DNA from: an uncultured archaeon
Lineage (GTDB): Archaea > Altiarchaeota > Altiarchaeia > IMC4 > SCGC-AAA252-I15
Reading direction: 5' to 3'
Assembly (NCBI GenBank): GCA_964587725.1
Contig: CAZPLO010000001.1
Coordinates: 64,001 to 128,000 of the forward strand
Length of the DNA: 64,000 nt
Shown here: piece after piece, positions 9,778 to 20,167 of the stretch
Numbering within the stretch: the stretch's first letter is position 1
How the letters are laid out: the number at the start of each line of letters is the position of its first letter
Position numbers and translations under genes: made by a program
The notes under the pieces: model-generated
What the model saw: only the letters and a program-made list of their open reading frames with translations
The model's database searches: none
Told to the model about the DNA's origin: nothing

Positions 9778-11502
9778 ATGAATTTCTTAAGACGGCGTGG
9801 GCGCGCGGGGCAGGCGGGTTTGGAGAGCATAATACTCTACGGGGGCGTCATAGTCGTCTTGGCCGTGGGCTTGGTGGTGGTGTGGCAGAGCGGCATCCTC
9901 CGCCCCTTCCTGGGCCTCAAAGGCTACGTGGGATTCAGCCAGGTGGTGCCTGAGGACTGGTCTGTGGGCGTGGACAACGTAGCCTACATGAGTTTGAAGA
10001 ACACCGGCAGCGCGCCGGTCAACATACACGCCCTCGGCGTCGACGTACGTGTTGGGAGGGTACAGTGTGAGCCCTCTCCTCTGGAGGCGGAGGCCGTGCA
10101 GCCTGGAGGCGGAGCCATACTGACGTTCATATGCCCCGGCCCGCCGCCGATAAACGATGAATACGAGGTCGGAGACTACTACGAAGCGGACGTCACCATA
10201 AACTACACCAACCTTGTTTCAAACCGGTTCCACCAGAGCGTGGGCAAACTATACGGTCTCATGGAGGTCGCGGACCTTCCCATCCCAACCACCGTCACCA
10301 CCATGACGGGAACGACGCTGCCGTGCGGATGCTTTGAATGCGAATGCAACAAGTCGGGGGAGATAGATGAGGAAAACTGTGAGAAAATACGGTACGGACA
10401 GAGCTGCGACTACTGCCCGGAGAGACTGGACCTGGACGGCAAGCGGAAGTGCTGGTACAGGGGCAAATGCGGGGACAACTGCAACATCAACAAGGACTGC
10501 GTGGACCGCAACGCCAACTACGGACACCTTAACGTCTGCAGGGACTGCGTGGACGGAAAGTGCAGGGAGAGCTCGCACCCCTGGTATCCATCCTGCGGCC
10601 AGTGCGATTCGGAGGACGCGGGCACACTCTACAGCCCTAAATGCGACGGCGAAGAATGCCCGTACTGCCAGAGGGAGTGGGTGCAGTTGAGCGAGCTCCC
10701 CGGCGAAAGCGAAGGATACTATAGTTACTCCTGCACCACAGGAGACGACTGCGGGGACTCCTGCCTGAACTTCGGAGACGACGTGTACGAGGAGTGCCAG
10801 GTACGGTGCGTGCACTGCAGCGAAACCCCTGGCGGAGAGCCCACCTGCAGCCAGGGAAGCTGCGGGGAACGCTGCAGCGTAACAGACGACCCCACCTGCA
10901 ACAGAGGCTGCCTGTGGTGCAACCTCACAACGTACAAGTGCGAATTGGGAGACTGCGGCAGACCCTGCGTGATAGGGGACGACGCCTGCCAGCTCGGCTG
11001 TGATACTTGCTGGGACGGACGGTGCGTCGACACCGAAGTAGGCGTCACCATAGACGCGCACAACGGCACCGGCGGAGACGTGGTGGCTGAGAACACCACC
11101 ATCCACCTGGACGTCCGCGGAGAATGCGACGACGGAATACACCGGATTCTGGTCAGCAACAGCATACCTCTGCCCCGTGGATTCGACGGCATCACCAGCT
11201 GCAGGGACGTGGCCAACGACCGAAACAGGCTCGGCGCGATAGAGGATCCGTACGGCGACCCCCAGACTGCGGAGTGGATGAACACGTGGAACATAACCTG
11301 GAACGACACATATAGCTGCGGCGGCGTGAGCCCCTGCGCCAACGTGTGGGAGACCAACGAGTCCGAGATAAACGTTTACTGTTATTTCGCATTGGCTCAG
11401 AAGCAGACGCTGTTCGGCGGAGGCAGGTGGAGCATGATAGCGTCCGACTACATCCAGGTAGGGGACATCGACGTCTACCTTGCTTTCCCGCCTCCCTTTT
11501 AG
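9778..11502 (+). CDS. Pilin-like protein with class III signal peptide and a large Cys-rich region
   Basis: RRRGRAG|QAGLESIILYGGVIVVLAVGLVVV (Glu at +5); dense CxxC repeats. Confidence 0.75.
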   Translation: MNFLRRRGRAGQAGLESIILYGGVIVVLAVGLVVVWQSGILRPFLGLKGYVGFSQVVPEDWSVGVDNVAYMSLKNTGSAPVNIHALGVDVRVGRVQCEPSPLEAEAVQPGGGAILTFICPGPPPINDEYEVGDYYEADVTINYTNLVSNRFHQSVGKLYGLMEVADLPIPTTVTTMTGTTLPCGCFECECNKSGEIDEENCEKIRYGQSCDYCPERLDLDGKRKCWYRGKCGDNCNINKDCVDRNANYGHLNVCRDCVDGKCRESSHPWYPSCGQCDSEDAGTLYSPKCDGEECPYCQREWVQLSELPGESEGYYSYSCTTGDDCGDSCLNFGDDVYEECQVRCVHCSETPGGEPTCSQGSCGERCSVTDDPTCNRGCLWCNLTTYKCELGDCGRPCVIGDDACQLGCDTCWDGRCVDTEVGVTIDAHNGTGGDVVAENTTIHLDVRGECDDGIHRILVSNSIPLPRGFDGITSCRDVANDRNRLGAIEDPYGDPQTAEWMNTWNITWNDTYSCGGVSPCANVWETNESEINVYCYFALAQKQTLFGGGRWSMIASDYIQVGDIDVYLAFPPPF

Positions 11503-11509
11503 GTTTAAG

Positions 11510-14500
11510 ATGAGCAGAGGCTACGTGGTCACCTGGGACGCGCTGATTGCCCTCAGCTTCGTCCTCTTCCTGATGGTGGGTTTCATAGGCGTACAGTACT
11601 TCGGCCGCGTCGCCCGCGGAGGCAGCGCCTTCGAACGCGCTCACGCGGTGGCCGAGAACGCCATGGACACCATGAACCGCCAGGGTGTGCTGGAGGAGAT
11701 AGCCCAGGAGTGGGCTCTCGGAAACAACGCGTCCGCAGGAAACCTAACCAAAGAATACTTCGACAACGTAATACCCCCGCAGATGGGATACCGCCTTGAG
11801 GCCGTCACCCCCGGGGGTGTGAAGGCCATATACGGCAGCGGAGACGACCGGCCCCCGGAAGAAGACGCCACGGACCAGACCAAAGCCTCCAGACACCTCT
11901 CCGGATACAAGGAGGACGCCCCCAGGTCGGGGTGGACGGGCCGCGCGTGGCTCATAGAAAACCAGAGCTGGTCCGTAAACCTCGTCTCGAACAGGAGCTC
12001 TTTTTTCCCGGGCTGGGAGAGCGTGTCCCTGAAATACAGTCCTGTTCCCCTGAGAAACAACACATTCTATCTCTTGGTGCCGGGTGGAAGCAGCCTTAAA
12101 CACGCCTCCTTCAACGTCAGCTGGGAGGGGGGGTCGGTCCCCTCCTACACCACCTTAACCTCTTCATCCAGTTCGTCGTCCTCCAGCTCAACCTCCTCTT
12201 CCTCCACCACGGAGCCGAGGGACTGCCACGACTGTCCGCCAGGAGAAGGCTGCGGCACACCCGGATGGCATGAGATGTCCGGGGACGACTACAACTACCA
12301 CAACTTCACCATCGGTTCTGGGGACAGCTGCAACCTCAACCTTAACATATACCGGGAACCGGCCAACCACATGCTGGGGTTCAACCTCTATGACATATAC
12401 TTCAACCGGATGGACTACTGCGAGCCCTGCCCGCCGGATGACCCTAACTGCCAGTGCATGTGCAGCCACCCCGAGAGCAGGCCGGACCTGAGGCCCTGGG
12501 ACTGCGAGACCATAGACATTTTCTACGAAAGCTACGAATCCTGTCCAGTGCCGGACCTGCCTCCCGGAACCTACGAGATTATGGTGGACTGCTGGAACCC
12601 TGAGGGGATTTCAGTCGACTTCTGCCCCGGCAGATACTACGTGTACGTAACCTCCGACGGCGGCGACAACTGCCCCAACGACCCGCCCCCGTCCTTCTCC
12701 ACATCAACTTCCACCGCGGCGACCACCGTGGAGGAACCGGGCATGATAGCGCACTGGAAGTTCGACGAAAGCACCGGGCAGATTGCCCTAGACTCCATAG
12801 GCGACCACGACGGCACCCTGTACGGGCCCGAGCGAACGGATGATGCGGTGGACGGACGGGCTTTGTATTTCACCGGCACCGGCGACCTAGTCAGCGTACC
12901 CGACGATTCCGCTCTGGATTTGGCGGAATTCACCCTTGTGGCGTGGATTAAAATGGACAGCAGCGCCCAGCTAGACAATTACCCCGCCATAGTGGGTAAG
13001 GGAACGGGGGGTAACAGTAACAGAAACTACCGGATGGGGGTGATACAGGCCTCAGGGACAGCTGAGGGAGGCTTCCACAACACCGCCGGGGGATGGATTT
13101 CCGTTGAGGGAGATTACGTGGGAGACAACACCTGGCACCATGTGGTGTTAACCTATGACCGGTCCCATCTGAGGATATACGTGGACGGTGAAGAACCAAA
13201 CTCCTTACCGGCGACCGGCACGCCCGCAACAAACAACGAACCCCTGGAGATAGGCAATGTTGAAGGTGATGATTTAAAGGGTATCGTAGACGACGTGAGG
13301 ATGTACAATTACGCCCTTGACGCGGGGGAGGTTCAGTCCATCTACGATGAAACAAGGCCGGACAACAAGGGAGACGCCTGCACCGAGGACAGCGACTGCA
13401 TGTCGGGGAACTGCGCGCCAGACTACGACGGGGATGGAAGCTGGTGTGCTCCGGCGGGCAACTGCGCCCACAGCCCCACCAGCTCATGCGATGAAACCTG
13501 CTACGGATACCGACAGGGAGACTACGGCGCAGACTGCATAGACGACACCCACCTGCACCAGTGCGACCCGGACGGAAACGGCGACGGGGTGTGGGGAATC
13601 GTTCTCTGCCCGGTATGCAGTCCCGCGGAGCCGGAACCCAAGGACACCCCCTGCATAGGAAGGTGGATGTGCCAGGACACCGGCGGCCATGCCTCCTGCG
13701 ACGCAGGCTGCACCAGAGACGGGGCGGCATGCGACTTCTGCGGAAGCTACGCCAGGGACACGCCAGGAAGCGACACTTGGTACGACGGAGAATGCCTGGC
13801 CGGGGTGTGCGAGACCGTTAAGATAGAGTGCCAGCGTTGTATGTCCTGCAGGAACCTGTCACAGTACGAGTGTTTGTGCACGGCAACCGGAGGCGTCAAC
13901 AACTACGTCTACGGCGAGGAGGATAACGTGGGACCCAACACCTGCTACGGAACACAATACTGTGACGGCGCGGGGGGCTGCCTGTCGCCGGTAACATGCT
14001 CCAACTGGCCCATCAACATAATATATGAGTCAGATATGTGCTCCGACTCGTGGGACTGCGACGACGACGGAAGCGAAGACGGCAACCACACGAGGTTAAG
14101 CTGGAGAAACCATGGTTCCGGAGACTACTACATTGGGGGGTGGCACGAGTATGATGACCCTGTGGAGGAATGGACTCACACGAACCGGGACGACGATGAC
14201 GTCTCCATAGGGGTGGAGCAGGTAGATTTTGACGGAAGCCCCTACGTACACCACGGCTCCTCATTCGACTTCACAGCCTACGTGGGGGAGGGAGTCGACA
14301 CGTTAAGCTTTGGCTTCTCTGCCATGCCAAGAGGCAACTGCTATGAAACAGTAGAACTCTACGCCTCCGGAACCCTGCTGGGATCCTGCGACATAGGGGG
14401 CGTGGACTGCAACAACGACAACCTGCTACCCCCCGTAGGTGATTCGGTGTGGCATTACTGCACCATAGATGTGAGTGGAATCCAGGGCGGGGGACCGGTG

Positions 14501-14626
14501 ACGCCGGGTGCGGTCAACACATTCAACGTCGAATTCCCGCTGCTCCCCGGTGTTTCTGGACCGATGGGTTGCAGCGCGTACCCGTGCACCATGTTCATCG
14601 ACGCGATAGGTATTACATGCGGCTGA
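11510..14626 (+). CDS. Large pilin-like adhesin: class III signal peptide, LamG/ConA-like domain, Cys-rich repeats
   Basis: MSRG|YVVTWDALIALSFVLFLMV; IAHWKFDE...WHHVVLTYD...LKGIVDDVRMYNYAL LamG signature. Confidence 0.8.
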   Translation: MSRGYVVTWDALIALSFVLFLMVGFIGVQYFGRVARGGSAFERAHAVAENAMDTMNRQGVLEEIAQEWALGNNASAGNLTKEYFDNVIPPQMGYRLEAVTPGGVKAIYGSGDDRPPEEDATDQTKASRHLSGYKEDAPRSGWTGRAWLIENQSWSVNLVSNRSSFFPGWESVSLKYSPVPLRNNTFYLLVPGGSSLKHASFNVSWEGGSVPSYTTLTSSSSSSSSSSTSSSSTTEPRDCHDCPPGEGCGTPGWHEMSGDDYNYHNFTIGSGDSCNLNLNIYREPANHMLGFNLYDIYFNRMDYCEPCPPDDPNCQCMCSHPESRPDLRPWDCETIDIFYESYESCPVPDLPPGTYEIMVDCWNPEGISVDFCPGRYYVYVTSDGGDNCPNDPPPSFSTSTSTAATTVEEPGMIAHWKFDESTGQIALDSIGDHDGTLYGPERTDDAVDGRALYFTGTGDLVSVPDDSALDLAEFTLVAWIKMDSSAQLDNYPAIVGKGTGGNSNRNYRMGVIQASGTAEGGFHNTAGGWISVEGDYVGDNTWHHVVLTYDRSHLRIYVDGEEPNSLPATGTPATNNEPLEIGNVEGDDLKGIVDDVRMYNYALDAGEVQSIYDETRPDNKGDACTEDSDCMSGNCAPDYDGDGSWCAPAGNCAHSPTSSCDETCYGYRQGDYGADCIDDTHLHQCDPDGNGDGVWGIVLCPVCSPAEPEPKDTPCIGRWMCQDTGGHASCDAGCTRDGAACDFCGSYARDTPGSDTWYDGECLAGVCETVKIECQRCMSCRNLSQYECLCTATGGVNNYVYGEEDNVGPNTCYGTQYCDGAGGCLSPVTCSNWPINIIYESDMCSDSWDCDDDGSEDGNHTRLSWRNHGSGDYYIGGWHEYDDPVEEWTHTNRDDDDVSIGVEQVDFDGSPYVHHGSSFDFTAYVGEGVDTLSFGFSAMPRGNCYETVELYASGTLLGSCDIGGVDCNNDNLLPPVGDSVWHYCTIDVSGIQGGGPVTPGAVNTFNVEFPLLPGVSGPMGCSAYPCTMFIDAIGITCG

Positions 14627-14664
14627 CGGGCCTGTATTTAAGTCCGAATTCCATAATATAATGG

Positions 14665-15165
14665 ATGGCTTCGGTGATGAAATCCGCTGTTGTTCGCAAC
14701 ATTCTATCGGAGTCCATGAGCGAAAACCACATCTGCGTCCTGGATAAGCTGTCCGGGCCCAAGTACGACGAAGACATCGCGTCCGATCTGGGACTGAAGG
14801 CCACCATTATTCGAACACTGTTGAACGACCTTCACCAGAATAGCCTCGTCGAGTACCAGAGGACGAAAAACAAGAGGACCGGGTGGTACACGTACCTGTG
14901 GGTTAGGCGGGAGGACAAGATAAAGGACTACGTGCAGGGATACCTGAAAACGCAGCTTTTAGACCTTAACGACCGCCTTGGGGATGAGACGAACGTGGTG
15001 ACGTTCCAGTGCGAGTGCATGCGCGTCCCCTATGACGCGGCTATGGAGGCGGGTTTCATATGCCCCCGCTGCAGTAAGCCGTTTGTGGAGTGCGACAACA
15101 GCCTGGTCATCGACGGGATAGTTAGCGAGGTCGCCCGCATAAACAGTCTGCTGGAGCAGACGTGA
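14665..15165 (+). CDS. tfe: Transcription factor E alpha (TFE)
   Basis: DEDIA..LGLK..IRTLLNDL winged helix, TGWYTYLW, Zn ribbon F.CPRC. Confidence 0.9.
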   Translation: MASVMKSAVVRNILSESMSENHICVLDKLSGPKYDEDIASDLGLKATIIRTLLNDLHQNSLVEYQRTKNKRTGWYTYLWVRREDKIKDYVQGYLKTQLLDLNDRLGDETNVVTFQCECMRVPYDAAMEAGFICPRCSKPFVECDNSLVIDGIVSEVARINSLLEQT

Positions 15166-15166
15166 G

Positions 15167-15682
15167 ATGTCTGAGTTAAGCAGGGAAGACGCCATCCGGT
15201 TGCTGTCAGATAACAATACACCCCAAAGAGTTATTGAACATTGTTTAACCGTTTCTTCTTTGGCTGTTGGGATTGCAGAGAAAATAAGGGCTGCCGGCCA
15301 TGAAGTCGACGTCGAATTCATAGAAACAGCCGCCTTATTACACGACATCGGACGCTCCAGGACACAGGAGATGCGGCACAACGTAGAAGGCGCCGACATA
15401 CTGAAAAAGTATCCGAGGTACGCTCGAGTGGCTGAACGCCACATCGGGGCAGGCATAACAAAAGCTGAGGCCGCCGAACTCGGACTGCCCGCTAAAGACT
15501 ATCTGCCTGAAACACTGGAGGAGGGGATAATAGCGTACGCAGACAACCTCGTGGACGAAGACCGCGTAGTCAGCTTCGATGAAACTCTGGACAGGTTCAA
15601 ACGGGAACTCGGACCACAACACCCCGCAGTCGGACGGCTTAAGAAACTGCACAGGAGAATAACCGAGATAGGGGGTAGTTAG
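15167..15682 (+). CDS. HDIG-domain metal-dependent phosphohydrolase (TIGR00295-like)
   Basis: HCLTV, ALLHDIG, ERHIGAG, PETLEE.IIAYADNL; usual neighbour of tfe. Confidence 0.85.
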   Translation: MSELSREDAIRLLSDNNTPQRVIEHCLTVSSLAVGIAEKIRAAGHEVDVEFIETAALLHDIGRSRTQEMRHNVEGADILKKYPRYARVAERHIGAGITKAEAAELGLPAKDYLPETLEEGIIAYADNLVDEDRVVSFDETLDRFKRELGPQHPAVGRLKKLHRRITEIGGS

Positions 15683-18600
15683 ACGAACATGCTGTTTCTG
15701 CGGCGCATGGAATAATACAGGTAGCCGAGAACGGTCAGCAGAAGCATGGACACCATGACCGCCGCCCGGTTGGAATAAATCAGCGAGAAAACCATGTTGG
15801 CTAAGACGAAGGTCCTGTCCTGGACAACCCTGACGTCCGGCACATCCAATCCGCCGCCGGGCAGGGGAATCCTCAAAGGCTCCAAGACAGTGACCTCCGA
15901 CATTTCACGTGACCTCAGACTGCCGGCGGAGTCATATGCGGCTACGGAGAGGTTATGCCTGACGCCCGCGCCCTCCGAAACCGACACCTCCCAGACCACC
16001 GACTCCGGCACACCCGCCTCCAAATCCAATGTCACCCCAGCCGGTGAGCTAAGAACCATGCCTTCAGAGTCCATGAAGCTCAGGTTCACACCGTTTACGT
16101 CCCTGGTGGACTGGACTTCAGCCTCCACAGTGAATTCCTCGCCAGGGTGGACGTAGTTCCTCGAACGAAGCCTCAAGGTGATGTTAAATTCTGAAGTGGA
16201 AACCACGTCCGCTTCACGTATAGATGGAACATCCTCCGACACAGAATACCCCCCATGTCTCCCCCCACCGAGGGTGGTGGTTGTAGAAGACACGGAGGTG
16301 GTGGATGTTGTCGTAGAGGATGTGGTGGTCGAGGTGACAGTGGTGGAGGTCGTTAGCGACGTTAAAGTCGTCTGGGAGGTGGAGGTAGTCTGTACGGTGG
16401 AGGTAGTTGTTCTACGCCTGGGAGACGGATCAGGATTAGTGGTGGGTTCGGTGGAGGAGGACGAGCCCGTGCTTGAGGAGGAACTGGAAGAAGACGTGGA
16501 CGACGTTGAAGAAGACGAGTATGTGGAGCGTATTGTCACACTCCAGTGGACTGTTTCATTGCCTATGGAGGGATTGGAGGACTGGTTAGTGTACACGTAG
16601 AACTCCCAGGCGGTGTCTGTGCCGCCGGTGGCGTTAACCCAGAAGGTCAGCAGCTCACTGTCGCCCGCATCCAGCGAAGCCGTCCCATACGGGTTAGTGG
16701 ACATGTTAGTGTAGAACGGCGTCGCTCCTTCAGTAGTGTTGATTAATCCTTTTCCGTGGGTGTATGTTACCGTCAGCTGGGGATCGCCGGCGCTTTCCAC
16801 CGTAGATATGTCGGTGTGCTCGTCTTCCAGTATTTCCTCGCCCGTTAATCCTATTGCAAACCAGTCTGCTGAGAGGAGGGCCTGCAGGTCAGTTGACGCC
16901 TGAGGACTGAGGGTGTGGTTGTGCCAGCATGTTTCCGGGGGGGAGCCGGAGCAGATATCGCCCGCATCCCATGACGCGTATACTGCTCCGTCGCCGAGGT
17001 CGGAGTAGAGGGCGGGGTTGTTGCCGGTGGCCAGCGGCCTGTTGGACATATTGTATACTGTGGTCGGCGACAAAGCACCCTGCTGGGTGGAGGAAATGTT
17101 CAGCACAACAGCGGTGATGGTTGCGGAATCAGGTATCGAAGACGTGTTAAACTCAATGTAGCTCCGGTAGTAGTTGTAGTCGTCAGAGGGGTAACCAATC
17201 TTTATCAACACAGTCCCAGTAGTCCGCGTATACGTTGACTCGCCGTCAAACTTCACCTCCCCGTCCTCACTAATGTTCCCAGCGGTCAGAGTAACGGAAT
17301 AACTCGGGTCCAAACTCACGTTAACGACCCCGCATGAGGCACCCACACAGCCCACGTTGACGGTGACGTTGAACCACCTGTTTTGTGTGACGTTCACATC
17401 ACCAAGGGGGTAGACTAGTTCCATGTTCACCTGAGATGCGGAAGACTCCTCCAGGATTGTAACTTTAACGGCGTCTGTAGCTCCGGTTAAGGCTGCGGTG
17501 GAATTGAATGCTTGAGCAAACAGTTCATAGGTTTCTGGTGGGCCTGTGGCGTTAATCCGCCACACCGCCGTGCAGGTGCCGGCCGCGGCTATGTTGCCAC
17601 ATGAGTAGGGATTTGAGACGTTAGTGTAGAAGGGGGTTCCACCGTCGGAAGGAACCTCCGTTGACACATGGTAGTAGAGCGTCAGGTTCACGGGCCCGCA
17701 GTCCGAGTAAGAGCAGGCGGCCGAGACGGTGAAGTTGAAGAACTCATACCTTGTAACGTTAATGGCTTCCGTTGGATATTCTACTGTGAGGGCGAGGGCC
17801 GGGCCAAGGGCCTGACCGGGGTTGGTTAGGGAGTAAATGTTGCCGTCGTCGCTGCCGAAGTACACGGACTCCCCGGACACCGCCGGAGAAGAGTAAATAA
17901 CTTCCAACACCGTGTAGTTGGCTATAACATGCGAGACGTTACTAACATTCAACTGATACATGACCCCGGAACTGCTGCCCACGTACACGAACTCGTCGGT
18001 TACCGCTGGGGATGAGCTAATAAATTCCCCGACATCAAGGAGGAGTTCAGCATATGGCGAGGAGAAATCATCGGCTTTCATTTGAACCAGGTTATCATTG
18101 AATGTTCCCACGTACACGAAATCTCCGAAGGCTGCGGGAGAAGATTCAATGGGCAGACCAAAGGTTATGCTAGAGTAGTTGCCTGACATGTTGCTGGCGT
18201 TCAACCGATACAGGGTGCCGTCTTCGTTTCCAAAATACACGAAACCGCCGGCCACAACAGGAGAGGAAGCTATGGCGTTGGGGGTGGTAAAGCTCGCATG
18301 TTGTATGGAGACGTTGCTGGCGTTCAACTGGTAGAATAAGCCGTCGCCGTCTCCAAGATACACAAAACCCCCATATACGGCGGGGGAGGCGTGGAGTGTG
18401 GCGCCTGTGGAGAAGTTAGCGTGCATGAGGGAGACGTTACTGGCGTTCAACTGATACACCATGCCATCGGAACTGCACAGGTAAACGAAACCATCGCTCA
18501 CTGCTGGAGCAGAACGGACGTTCACGCCTGTGGAGAAGTTAGCGTGCATGAGGGAGACGTTACTGGAGTTCAACTGATACAGGAAGCCGTCGTCGCTGCC

Positions 18601-18960
18601 CACGTACACAAAACCGCCCGCAACCGCGGGAGAAGAATATACCATGTCGCCGGTGCCGAAATATGCATATATGACTGAGATGTTGCTGGCGTTCAACTGA
18701 TAAACGACAGCATCCAAGCCGCCGACATAGACGAAATCGCCCACAACAGCAGGCGAAGACTGAACCACGCCGATTGGATTGGTTTTCACCTCGGCTGCGG
18801 AGACGTTGGATACGCCGGGGTCGCTGGTGTATCCGGTGCGGTTTGCATGTCGTTGGAACATCGGCCAGTCCGAGGCGGAAGCGGTTGACGCCAAGAAAGA
18901 AAACACCAGCACTGCAGTTAAGATGAAACACATGCTCTCCAACAGGCAACGACCTCCCAT
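15679..18960 (-). CDS. Large membrane-anchored surface protein with PQQ-like beta-propeller repeats and Ser/Thr linker
   Basis: DWPMFQ..ANRTG, eight SSPAV..G.VY.G repeats, RSYIEFNTSSIP (DNRLRE-like), C-terminal TM; start uncertain (18933-19002). Confidence 0.8.
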   Translation of the reverse strand: MGGRCLLESMCFILTAVLVFSFLASTASASDWPMFQRHANRTGYTSDPGVSNVSAAEVKTNPIGVVQSSPAVVGDFVYVGGLDAVVYQLNASNISVIYAYFGTGDMVYSSPAVAGGFVYVGSDDGFLYQLNSSNVSLMHANFSTGVNVRSAPAVSDGFVYLCSSDGMVYQLNASNVSLMHANFSTGATLHASPAVYGGFVYLGDGDGLFYQLNASNVSIQHASFTTPNAIASSPVVAGGFVYFGNEDGTLYRLNASNMSGNYSSITFGLPIESSPAAFGDFVYVGTFNDNLVQMKADDFSSPYAELLLDVGEFISSSPAVTDEFVYVGSSSGVMYQLNVSNVSHVIANYTVLEVIYSSPAVSGESVYFGSDDGNIYSLTNPGQALGPALALTVEYPTEAINVTRYEFFNFTVSAACSYSDCGPVNLTLYYHVSTEVPSDGGTPFYTNVSNPYSCGNIAAAGTCTAVWRINATGPPETYELFAQAFNSTAALTGATDAVKVTILEESSASQVNMELVYPLGDVNVTQNRWFNVTVNVGCVGASCGVVNVSLDPSYSVTLTAGNISEDGEVKFDGESTYTRTTGTVLIKIGYPSDDYNYYRSYIEFNTSSIPDSATITAVVLNISSTQQGALSPTTVYNMSNRPLATGNNPALYSDLGDGAVYASWDAGDICSGSPPETCWHNHTLSPQASTDLQALLSADWFAIGLTGEEILEDEHTDISTVESAGDPQLTVTYTHGKGLINTTEGATPFYTNMSTNPYGTASLDAGDSELLTFWVNATGGTDTAWEFYVYTNQSSNPSIGNETVHWSVTIRSTYSSSSTSSTSSSSSSSSTGSSSSTEPTTNPDPSPRRRTTTSTVQTTSTSQTTLTSLTTSTTVTSTTTSSTTTSTTSVSSTTTTLGGGRHGGYSVSEDVPSIREADVVSTSEFNITLRLRSRNYVHPGEEFTVEAEVQSTRDVNGVNLSFMDSEGMVLSSPAGVTLDLEAGVPESVVWEVSVSEGAGVRHNLSVAAYDSAGSLRSREMSEVTVLEPLRIPLPGGGLDVPDVRVVQDRTFVLANMVFSLIYSNRAAVMVSMLLLTVLGYLYYSMRRRNSMFV

Positions 18961-19047
18961 GAACATTTCACCGACTTGAGAAGCCAGCCACCCATTATAC
19001 ATTAAATATTGGGCTTTTTAACGTTCTCTAAATAATTCATTTACGTC

Positions 19048-19785
19048 ATGGACCGTGTTGAGACAGGGATAACGGGTTTGGACGAGATGATGGGGGGCGG
19101 GGTACCTAGGGGCTCCAGCGTCCTGCTGACGGGAAGCTGCGGGACGGGAAAGAGCATACTGTCCCTCCAGTACGTATACAATGGGGCAGTGTCTGGTGAA
19201 GCAGGCCTTTATGTTTCATTCGAGGAAAGCAGGGAGAAGATCATAGAGCATGCGGAGACGTTCGGATGGGATATACCGTCGCTGGAGGAGAAGAAGCTCC
19301 TCGAAATATACGAGGTTGACACAGGAGACATGGGGGAGATACTCGAAGAAATCAGAGCCAAGGTAGAGAGCATCAATGCAGGGCGGCTGGTGATAGACTC
19401 CCTCACCACCATGATGGAACACGGCCTCATATACAGGAGCAGCATATCCAAGGAGATGAGCCAGCTGGACCGGGTGGGGGAAGAGTTGAAGTTTCCGTCT
19501 GAGGGACACGATGTCACCAGGAAAGACATATACTTCATAATAGGCCAGATAAACAGGCTTAACATAACATCAATTCTCATATCGGAGGTAGCGGAGAAAA
19601 GCGACTACCTGTCGAGGGACACCATAAGCGAGTTCGCCACCGACGGCGTAATACTGTTGGAGGTGAACACCGTCGGCGGCACGCCCGAACGGCTGCTGTC
19701 GGTGAAGAAGATGCGCGGCACCCCCGTGGACCTGACCATGTCCATTATGAAGTTCGGGCCGCAGGGAATCGAAGTCGGTGAATGA
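19048..19785 (+). CDS. KaiC/RAD55-like RecA-superfamily ATPase
   Basis: TGITGLD, GSCGTGKS Walker A, SFEE, VIDS, KMRGT. Confidence 0.9.
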   Translation: MDRVETGITGLDEMMGGGVPRGSSVLLTGSCGTGKSILSLQYVYNGAVSGEAGLYVSFEESREKIIEHAETFGWDIPSLEEKKLLEIYEVDTGDMGEILEEIRAKVESINAGRLVIDSLTTMMEHGLIYRSSISKEMSQLDRVGEELKFPSEGHDVTRKDIYFIIGQINRLNITSILISEVAEKSDYLSRDTISEFATDGVILLEVNTVGGTPERLLSVKKMRGTPVDLTMSIMKFGPQGIEVGE

Positions 19786-20167
19786 CATGTCCAGAGCCGA
19801 CGAAATAACCGGTTACCTCCGGGAACTGAAGGAGGGGAGTGAACACATAGCCGCCTGCATGGTGGCTCGGAAAGGCTTGGAGGGATTGATAATGTTCCCC
19901 CCGGACTTCAAACAAGAGGTCTCCAACATCTGGGAGCCCCTGAGCAGAAACCTCAACGACATGCTCTCCCTGGTGTCCAAGTACAGTGAAGTCGGACTAA
20001 AACGATCCTACACAGAAATGCTTGGTTTCGGCGCCCTGTTCAGCGTGCTCGGAGCCAGCGACACCGCATTGATAGTGTTCCTCAAGGGAGGGGAGCCGCT
20101 GAAGAATGCGGTTCAATTGTCAGACGACATGGAAGAAACAAGGGACAAGATAATGAATTTGGATTAG
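19778..20167 (+). CDS. Hypothetical protein, possibly roadblock/LC7-like
   Basis: Coupled to the KaiC-like gene; helix-IAACMVAR..G..helix-strands pattern. Confidence 0.5.
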   Translation: MNDMSRADEITGYLRELKEGSEHIAACMVARKGLEGLIMFPPDFKQEVSNIWEPLSRNLNDMLSLVSKYSEVGLKRSYTEMLGFGALFSVLGASDTALIVFLKGGEPLKNAVQLSDDMEETRDKIMNLD

